This document shows positions 57,671-64,000 of a stretch of 64,000 nucleotides of DNA, in pieces. Under the pieces are notes generated by a model. It saw nothing but the letters and a program-made list of their open reading frames with translations. It was not told the DNA's origin and made no database searches. Both the position numbers and the translations under genes were made by a program. Positions within the stretch are counted from its first letter, which is position 1. Each line of letters begins with the position of its first letter. The DNA is from an uncultured bacterium (GTDB lineage Bacteria; Verrucomicrobiota; Verrucomicrobiia; Limisphaerales; UBA8199), in NCBI GenBank assembly GCA_963749495.1, contig CAVVMW010000004.1, positions 160,001 through 224,000 of the forward strand, given 5' to 3'.

Positions 57671-59752
57671 ATGACCTTCGCCAGCTCAGCCTTGTTTAGT
57701 GTCCTGGTGGCGGCCCTGGCGCTGCCGCTGGTGATTCATTTGCTGAACAAGAGCTTTCCGCGCTTTTTGCGGTTTCCGTCGATCGAGCTGATCAAGCAGA
57801 CGATGTCGCAGCGTTCGCGGCTCTACCGGTGGCGGCACTGGATTCTGCTGCTGCTGCGGACGGCGTTTTTGGCGCTGCTGCTGCTGGCCTTTTTGCGGCC
57901 GGTGCTGAGGCGGTTTGGGGACCCGGCGGGCCGGGAGGCGCGGCGGGTGCTGATTGTGGTGGACCACTCGGTGAGCATGGAGCACCGGGGAGACGGACCC
58001 ACCTCCAGGGAGCGGGCCGCCCACGAGGCGCTCAAGCTCATCGAGTCGCTCGGCGCCCAGGACGCCGTCAACGTGCTGTTGATGGACACAAGCCCAACGA
58101 CCTGTTTCGCGGATTTTTCGAGGGACTTCGGTGAGGCCAAGCGCTTTTTGGGCCGGCTGGGGCCGGGCCTGGGCCGGGCGGACGTGAACCTGGCCACCGG
58201 GCTGGCGGCGCGGCTGGTGGCCAAGGCGGCGGGGCGGCCGGAGGTCTATTACTTGTCGGATTTCCAACGGAAGAACTGGGCGAACGCGAACTTCACGGCC
58301 CTGCCACCGGCGGTGCGGCTGTTTTTCGTGGACGTCGGCCCGGTACACCGGGACAACCGGGCGATCCTGGGCGCGCGGGTGTCGCAGGCGCATGTCCTGG
58401 CCGGGGACACGGTCATGCTCGAGGCGACAGTGGGGAACTTCAGCGGGGAGAGTTTTGCGGGGCGGGTGACGGTGACGATTGACAAGCGGTTGAGCTTCGA
58501 TCAGGAGGTTGTCATTGAGCCGTGGTCGGAGGCGAAGGTCTCGGTGCCGGTGTCTGCGGGCGGGCCGGGGATGCACTTGTGCGAGGTGACGCTGCCGCCC
58601 GACGCGCTGGAGTACGACAACCATTTCTGCCTGGCGCTCCCGGTGCAGGAGAAGGAGGAGGTGCTGATCGTGACGGACGGCGCGGGCGACTCCAAGAGCG
58701 GGGCTTATTTCCTCAAGACGGCCCTCAATCCATTCGAGAACGAGGCGGGCTCGCTGCTGCCCCGCATCATCGGGTCGAGCGAACTGACGCCCAGCCGCCT
58801 GGCCGGGGTGCGGAAGGTCTTTTTCACGGAGTTGAACCGCCTGAACGCCGCGGCCTGCGCCGCCACGGCCAAGTTCCTTTTTGAGGGCGGCGGGCTGGTC
58901 TATTTCCTGGACGGCCGCGCAGACGCCGAGAACCTGGCGGCGCTGGAAAAGGGGATTGGCCCAAACACGATGCCGATGCGCCTGTCCAAACGGCGCAGCG
59001 CCACCAACGTGGTCAGCGGCGCCCAACAGGTCGTGCGCGGCGACTTCAAGTCGCGCTACCTCAAGCTCTTCCAGGGCCCGGCGCGGCAGAACCTGGCCCT
59101 GCTCGAGTTCTATGACTATTACCAGGCCAGCGCCACCGGCGCCGGCTCGGTCCTGCTGGCCTATGGCGAGGAATCCCCCGCCGTGGCCGCCCTCCATCAC
59201 GGCCTGGGCACGATGCTCCTGCTCAATTTCTCCGCCGGCGAACTCTCCAGCAACCTCGCCCGCCAGCGGCTCTTTCCCGCCTGGGTCCAGGACCTGGTCA
59301 AGGCCCTCTCGGCCGACGAACCGCCCCCGGCCTCCTACACCATCGGCGAGACCCTCCACACCGAGGTCTGGCGCAGCGAGATGCGCAACCTGGACTTCCG
59401 GGCCCCTTCCGGCGCCCCGGTCACGGTCCGCCGCCAACTCACCGGCGAGCGCTACGCTGTCTCTTTCACCCCCAATCAACTCGGCTTTTACACCTTGGGC
59501 GCCCCGCGCCCGCTCTATGCCTTCGGCATCAACACCAGCCCCGACGAGGCGGACCTGCGCCCGATCGATAAAGACGCGCTCCCCAGGGACTTCGCCGCCG
59601 AGCACGAGGCCCACTTCGTGGCGGGCGCGGAGGACTTCGAGGAATTGGCCAAGGGCAAACCCATCTTCCACTGGTTCATCCTGGGCGCTGTGGGGTTTCT
59701 GGTCCTGGAAAGCGGGTTCCAGTTTTTCCTCAGAACGAGGGCCAGGGCATGA
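57671..59752 (+). CDS. BatA N-terminal / vWA domain membrane protein
   Basis: LPLVIHLL...RFPS...WILLLLR...RP; VDHSVSM; YLSDFQ; C-terminal TM. Confidence 0.88.
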   Translation: MTFASSALFSVLVAALALPLVIHLLNKSFPRFLRFPSIELIKQTMSQRSRLYRWRHWILLLLRTAFLALLLLAFLRPVLRRFGDPAGREARRVLIVVDHSVSMEHRGDGPTSRERAAHEALKLIESLGAQDAVNVLLMDTSPTTCFADFSRDFGEAKRFLGRLGPGLGRADVNLATGLAARLVAKAAGRPEVYYLSDFQRKNWANANFTALPPAVRLFFVDVGPVHRDNRAILGARVSQAHVLAGDTVMLEATVGNFSGESFAGRVTVTIDKRLSFDQEVVIEPWSEAKVSVPVSAGGPGMHLCEVTLPPDALEYDNHFCLALPVQEKEEVLIVTDGAGDSKSGAYFLKTALNPFENEAGSLLPRIIGSSELTPSRLAGVRKVFFTELNRLNAAACAATAKFLFEGGGLVYFLDGRADAENLAALEKGIGPNTMPMRLSKRRSATNVVSGAQQVVRGDFKSRYLKLFQGPARQNLALLEFYDYYQASATGAGSVLLAYGEESPAVAALHHGLGTMLLLNFSAGELSSNLARQRLFPAWVQDLVKALSADEPPPASYTIGETLHTEVWRSEMRNLDFRAPSGAPVTVRRQLTGERYAVSFTPNQLGFYTLGAPRPLYAFGINTSPDEADLRPIDKDALPRDFAAEHEAHFVAGAEDFEELAKGKPIFHWFILGAVGFLVLESGFQFFLRTRARA

Positions 59753-62352
59753 AATCTGGATCTCGCACCCTCCTCTGCTCGTCAGACCAGTCCGACCGGT
59801 CTGACCGGTCTGACCGGCTGCGACTAAAAGCATCGGGCATGCGCCTCGGGAGTTTTGTCCCGGAGGGACATCTGACAATAGCCCGGCGTTTCAACGCCGG
59901 GGAGGCCACAAAAGGGACCCTCGTCCCGAAGGGACGACTGAGAACACTCCTTGCTTTCAGCCGTCCCTTCGGGACGGACCTGCTCCTTGGGTCCGCTCAC
60001 CCGGCGTTGAAACGCCGGGCTATTGTCGGAAGCCCCTTCGGGGCAAAAAGGCATGGTGGGCTGGCCGACAGTCTTAATCGCACCTGGTCCGGCCAGTCTG
60101 CCCGGTGGGGGGCGCTCGCTCTGGCATTGGCTCTGGCGCCCTTGAGCGCCCTGGCCCAGACCGAGGGCGGGCTGGTCCTGGACCCGATCCTTCCGGGGCC
60201 GTTGGTGGCGCTGCTGGCGGCGGTGTTGCTCGTCCTGAGCGCCCGCATCTATTTCAAGGTGGGGGGCACTCTCGGGGCCTGGCGCAGGTGGAGCCTGCTC
60301 CTCTTCCGGGCGGCGGGACTGGCGCTGGTGCTGGCGCTCCTGCTCCAGCCCTCGAGGCGGGAGTTGCTGCCCCCGCCATCCCGGGAGCGCGTTACCTTGA
60401 TCGGCCTGGACACCTCGCTGAGCATGAAGCAACGGGACGCCGAGCGCGCCACCCGGCTCGATGCGGCCAAGAACGCCCTCCTCAACGCCGGGTTGGTGGG
60501 GCGCAACGGCGTCCCCGAAAACCCGCGCTTGCGCTTCTTCGAGTTCGGCCCTGATGCCCAGCCGGTGGTCAAGTCCATCCTCGACCTCACGCCCAAAGGG
60601 CCGACCACGCGCCTGAACTCGTCAGTGCTCACTATGCTCAACACCCCCGCCGGCAGCGAGGAGCCAAATGCCCTCATCCTGCTCACCGACGGTCACGATT
60701 TCGAACTGGTCAACCCGGCCCGCACGGGCGCCGCCGCCCGCGCCCGGCAGGTGCCCATCTATGCCGTGCCCCTGGGCAAACAGGGAAAAGTCCGGGACGT
60801 CTCGGTGCGCATCACGGCATTCCAGCCCTATTGTTACGTGAAACAGAACGCGCGGATAGCGGCGGCGCTGCGCCTGATCGGCTGCGAGTTCGAAGACCTC
60901 ACCGTGCAACTGCTCCGCCAGGGCCAAGTGGTCCAGACCAAACGCGTCAACGCCGAGGAACTGCAGGAACTGCCGGTCGAGTTCGAGGTGGCCGAAAACC
61001 AGGTCGGCCAGTACGAATACGAGGTGCGCGTGCCCCCGCTCGACAACGAGGTGGACACCGCCAACAACAGCGCCATCACCTACCTCAATGTCATCGATCA
61101 ACAGATCCACGTCCTGGTCATCGAGGGCGATCCGTACTGGGACACCACCTTCCTGCAGCGCTCGTTGATGCGCAACGACAAGTTCGACGTGGACGCGCTC
61201 ATTCGCTACAGCCGGGACCGGGTGCGGGCGTTGCGCAAGACCGAGTTGGCGGGACCCTTGCGCGTGCCGCAGACCCTCGAACAGTTCAGCCACTACGATG
61301 TCATCTTCCTGGGCCGGATGGTGGACCGGGTCCTCACCCCCGCCCAGGTAGTGCTCCTGGACCGTTACGCCCGCGATTGCAGCGGGACGGTCATCTTTGG
61401 CCGGGGCAGCGCCTTCGTGAATCCCGCGGCGGCCGGCGAACTCGAACCGGTCCTCTGGGGCGACAAGGCCGGGGCGCGGGTGCGCCTGGACGCCACCGCC
61501 GAGGGCCGGAACCTCGGGGCCTTTCGCGCCCTGGGCGAGGGCGCGGCCGGGCTGGAAACGCTGCCCGACCTGCTGAGCGGGCGCAAGGCGGCGGTGACCA
61601 AGCCGCTGACCTCGACCCTGGCCCTGGCGGCCGACCGCGAGGACGGCGCGGCGGCGCCGGCCGTGGTACACCGCCGCTACGGCACCGGCCAGGTCGTCAG
61701 CGTCGGCGTCGAGGGCTTCTGGCGCTGGGGCCTCAACTCCAAGGCCGACGGCCTCAACACCCCCTTTGACCGGTTCTGGGACCAGATGATTCTCTGGCTG
61801 TTGGCGGGACGCGATTTCATTCCCAGCCGCCAATTCTCGTTTCGCCCCAACTCGGCGAACATCCTCCTGGGCGAAAAGGTGTATTTCCATGTGACGATGC
61901 GCCAGGCGGACCCAAAGGTGGCGGCGGTGCCGCTCACGCTTTACCTGGGCGAGGCGGAGGTGGGGCGGGTCAATATGATGCCTGCGACGGCCCAAGGGGG
62001 CCGGCGAGGCGCGGAGTTCCTGCCCGAACGGGTCGGGCGCTACCGGGCGGTGGCGAAGTTTCCCGACGGCACATTGCAGGAATCGCGGTTCATCGTGTTC
62101 AACGAGAACCTCGAGGAGACCGAGGTGGCCACGGACGTCGTGGGGTTGAGGCGATTGTGCGAGAGCAGCGGCGGCAGCCTGGTCGAGGCGGGCCAGTTGG
62201 CGCGGCTGATCAAGGAATTGAGCGCCGAGGAGAACGAGGCCGCCCCGCAGGCGCACCTTTGCCCCGTGTGGAATCAGGCTTGGGTTTTCTACCTGGCGGG
62301 TCTATTATTGGGTTTGGACTGGTTTTTACGACGCAGGTGGGGCCTATGCTGA
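59749..62352 (+). CDS. vWA / glutamine amidotransferase-like membrane protein whose N-terminus contains a translated repeat element
   Basis: LDTSLSM, LLTDGHD, YGTGQV, FWRW, RFWDQ, DWFLRRRWGL; ATGA overlap with the upstream gene. Confidence 0.85.
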   Translation: MKSGSRTLLCSSDQSDRSDRSDRLRLKASGMRLGSFVPEGHLTIARRFNAGEATKGTLVPKGRLRTLLAFSRPFGTDLLLGSAHPALKRRAIVGSPFGAKRHGGLADSLNRTWSGQSARWGALALALALAPLSALAQTEGGLVLDPILPGPLVALLAAVLLVLSARIYFKVGGTLGAWRRWSLLLFRAAGLALVLALLLQPSRRELLPPPSRERVTLIGLDTSLSMKQRDAERATRLDAAKNALLNAGLVGRNGVPENPRLRFFEFGPDAQPVVKSILDLTPKGPTTRLNSSVLTMLNTPAGSEEPNALILLTDGHDFELVNPARTGAAARARQVPIYAVPLGKQGKVRDVSVRITAFQPYCYVKQNARIAAALRLIGCEFEDLTVQLLRQGQVVQTKRVNAEELQELPVEFEVAENQVGQYEYEVRVPPLDNEVDTANNSAITYLNVIDQQIHVLVIEGDPYWDTTFLQRSLMRNDKFDVDALIRYSRDRVRALRKTELAGPLRVPQTLEQFSHYDVIFLGRMVDRVLTPAQVVLLDRYARDCSGTVIFGRGSAFVNPAAAGELEPVLWGDKAGARVRLDATAEGRNLGAFRALGEGAAGLETLPDLLSGRKAAVTKPLTSTLALAADREDGAAAPAVVHRRYGTGQVVSVGVEGFWRWGLNSKADGLNTPFDRFWDQMILWLLAGRDFIPSRQFSFRPNSANILLGEKVYFHVTMRQADPKVAAVPLTLYLGEAEVGRVNMMPATAQGGRRGAEFLPERVGRYRAVAKFPDGTLQESRFIVFNENLEETEVATDVVGLRRLCESSGGSLVEAGQLARLIKELSAEENEAAPQAHLCPVWNQAWVFYLAGLLLGLDWFLRRRWGLC
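59830..60080. repeat. 251-bp palindromic REP/REPIN-like element, copy 2, in frame within the CDS
   Basis: Reverse complement of 2520-2770 with scattered substitutions. Confidence 0.9.
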
Positions 62353-64000
62353 ACCAGAGGCAAGAGGTTGTGGAACGTCTGGCGGCCGCTGATCGGCGGC
62401 ACCAGAAGGAGGCCGGGGGACGACTGCTCCTGCGCAGCCTCAAGTATGGCTGCGCCCTGGTGCTGGCGGCCTTCGTGGCGGACGTGGCGCTGCACTTGAG
62501 CGCCGGGTGGCGGCTGGGCCTGGTGCTGGCGCTGCTCGGCGGGGCGGCCGCCCTGGCCATCGCGGCCTGGCGCGTCGCCTTTGTGCGCCGCAACCGCCTC
62601 GAGCGCATTGCGCGCTTTCTGGAGGGCCGCGCGCCGGCCCTGGGCTCGAGCCTGATCAACCTCCTCCAGCTCCAGGTCCAGGTCACCGACCCCGCGTTGA
62701 GCGCCCTCACGCGCGACCTGGCCCGCCAGGCGGTCGAGGGCTACGCCGCCCAATTGAAGGGCACCCCGCTGGAACGGCTCGCCTGGACCGGCGAGCTGCG
62801 CCGCCACCTCAAGCGGGCCGCCTGGGCGCTCTTGGGTTTTGCCGCGCTCCTGGCCGCATTCTTCCGGGTCACGGCCGTCGAGGTGGCCCGCTTCGCCGAT
62901 CCTTACGGCGACCATCCCCCGTACTCCTTCACCCGGCTGGAAATCGTCGAGCCCGGCCGTGCCGGCACCAACGTCCTTTATGGCAAGGGCATCGTCGTCA
63001 AGGTCAAGGCCGCCGGGCACCAGCCCCGGGAGGTCTTCCTGAGCACCTTCCCGCCCGGCCATCCAGAGCGGACTCTCACCGTTGCGATGTTCGACAAAGG
63101 CGCCGCCGGCTTCCACCAATTGGTGGACAACGTGCGCGCCGACCTGCTGGCCTTCGCCCACACCAAAGACCGCACCAGCGTTTCCAAGCAGGTCCGCCTG
63201 GGGGTCATCCTCACGCCGCAGTTGGAACGGGCCTTGGTCCAAGTGACCCCGCCGGCCTATACCGGTTTGAAGCCCGACGAACAGCCTTATGCCTTCAAGG
63301 CCGTGCAAGCGCTGGAGGGCAGCCAGGTGCGCTTCCGGCTCCAATCCAATCGCCCGTTGCGCGAGGGGCTGCTCCAGTTGTGCGCCGCCGAGCAGCCCCC
63401 GCAACGCATCGCCCTGGCCCGCTCGGCTGAAAACGAGGTTGCCGGCGCCTTTACCGCCGCCGATTCCTGCCGGTTGCGCTTCAGCATCCTCGATGTGGCG
63501 GGCCTGCCCTCCCAGGCCGATTTGGAAGGGGCCCTCACCGTCACCCACGACCTGCCGCCGGAGGTCCGCATCACCGAACCGGCCCACGACGCCTTTGTCG
63601 CCCTGGATTTCAAATTCCAGGCACACATCGAGGCGAACGACGACTACGGCCTGCGCAGCGTGCGAATCCACCGCGGGGTCAATGGCGTCTATCCCGCCCC
63701 CAAGGCGGTTTCTTATGAGGGCATTGTGCGCGACAGCCATGAGACGATGGACTTCGATCTGCAGCAACTGGGCGTGAAGGCCGGGGACATCATCTCGTTG
63801 TTTGCCGAGGCGGTGGACAATGCGCCCCAGCCCCACCTGGCCCGCAGCCAGACCCTCCGGCTCTCGGTCATCAGCGTCGAGGACTACAACAACCTGCTGC
63901 GCGAGCAGACCGACCTGTCCGATACGGAGGCCAAGTACGCGGCGCTCATGGAGGACCTGCAAGAACTGGCAGACGACCAAAAGAAGCTCGGCGGCCAATT
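62346..64000 (+). CDS. DUF4175-like membrane protein (MoxR operon), runs off the window end
   Basis: My translation: MLNQRQEVVERL..., TM helices, VTPPAYTG, DLPPEVRITEP, NDDYGL, EAVDN. Confidence 0.8.
   Translation, partial: MLNQRQEVVERLAAADRRHQKEAGGRLLLRSLKYGCALVLAAFVADVALHLSAGWRLGLVLALLGGAAALAIAAWRVAFVRRNRLERIARFLEGRAPALGSSLINLLQLQVQVTDPALSALTRDLARQAVEGYAAQLKGTPLERLAWTGELRRHLKRAAWALLGFAALLAAFFRVTAVEVARFADPYGDHPPYSFTRLEIVEPGRAGTNVLYGKGIVVKVKAAGHQPREVFLSTFPPGHPERTLTVAMFDKGAAGFHQLVDNVRADLLAFAHTKDRTSVSKQVRLGVILTPQLERALVQVTPPAYTGLKPDEQPYAFKAVQALEGSQVRFRLQSNRPLREGLLQLCAAEQPPQRIALARSAENEVAGAFTAADSCRLRFSILDVAGLPSQADLEGALTVTHDLPPEVRITEPAHDAFVALDFKFQAHIEANDDYGLRSVRIHRGVNGVYPAPKAVSYEGIVRDSHETMDFDLQQLGVKAGDIISLFAEAVDNAPQPHLARSQTLRLSVISVEDYNNLLREQTDLSDTEAKYAALMEDLQELADDQKKLGGQ

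Noticed and set aside
57686..63998. Long antisense ORFs (730, 544, 569 aa) and similar ones elsewhere (e.g. 28251-29780, 33392-34888)
   Set aside because: Shadow frames of GC-rich genes with clear motifs on the opposite strand
1..64000. tRNA, rRNA, integrase or prophage genes bounding the accessory region
   Set aside because: No cloverleaf/T-loop, rRNA signature, recombinase or phage structural motif recognised by eye; a tRNAscan/Infernal run would settle it
55328..64000. MoxR-DUF58-BatA-vWA-DUF4175 operon as a novel system
   Set aside because: A well-known and common operon type in PVC bacteria; only its junction inserts are unusual

Overview
GC-rich bacterial DNA that looks like a Verrucomicrobia (subdivision 3 / Pedosphaerales-like) genome. 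This is inferred from the DUF1559-type prepilin gene, Ig/RCC1 surface proteins, the MoxR-DUF58-BatA-vWA operon, leaderless promoters and the repeat families. About 3-22 kb and 55-64 kb are mostly core genes: heptose/LPS genes, URO-D family, MDR reductase, ruvC-ruvA, gmhA, mqnA-like, Gfo/Idh/MocA and the MoxR operon. About 22-55 kb is an accessory, partly decayed mosaic: glycoside hydrolases, a giant secreted metalloprotease, rtcB, HNH nucleases, VapBC, an NgoMIV-family R-M system with Vsr, and many gene remnants. Best candidates for something new: (1) a GNAT-TIR fusion gene facing a SET-domain gene; (2) a tightly coupled histidine kinase - receiver - DUF5678-like - zinc-ribbon aspartyl protease operon; (3) repeat-laden inserts at operon junctions that stay open and bridge ATGA/GTGA stop-start overlaps, including a 251-bp palindromic element translated in frame; (4) RAYT-associated REP motifs with stuttered flanks. 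Many single-base frameshifts may be assembly errors. I recognised no rRNA, tRNA or CRISPR array. All family calls come from motif recognition by eye, not database searches.
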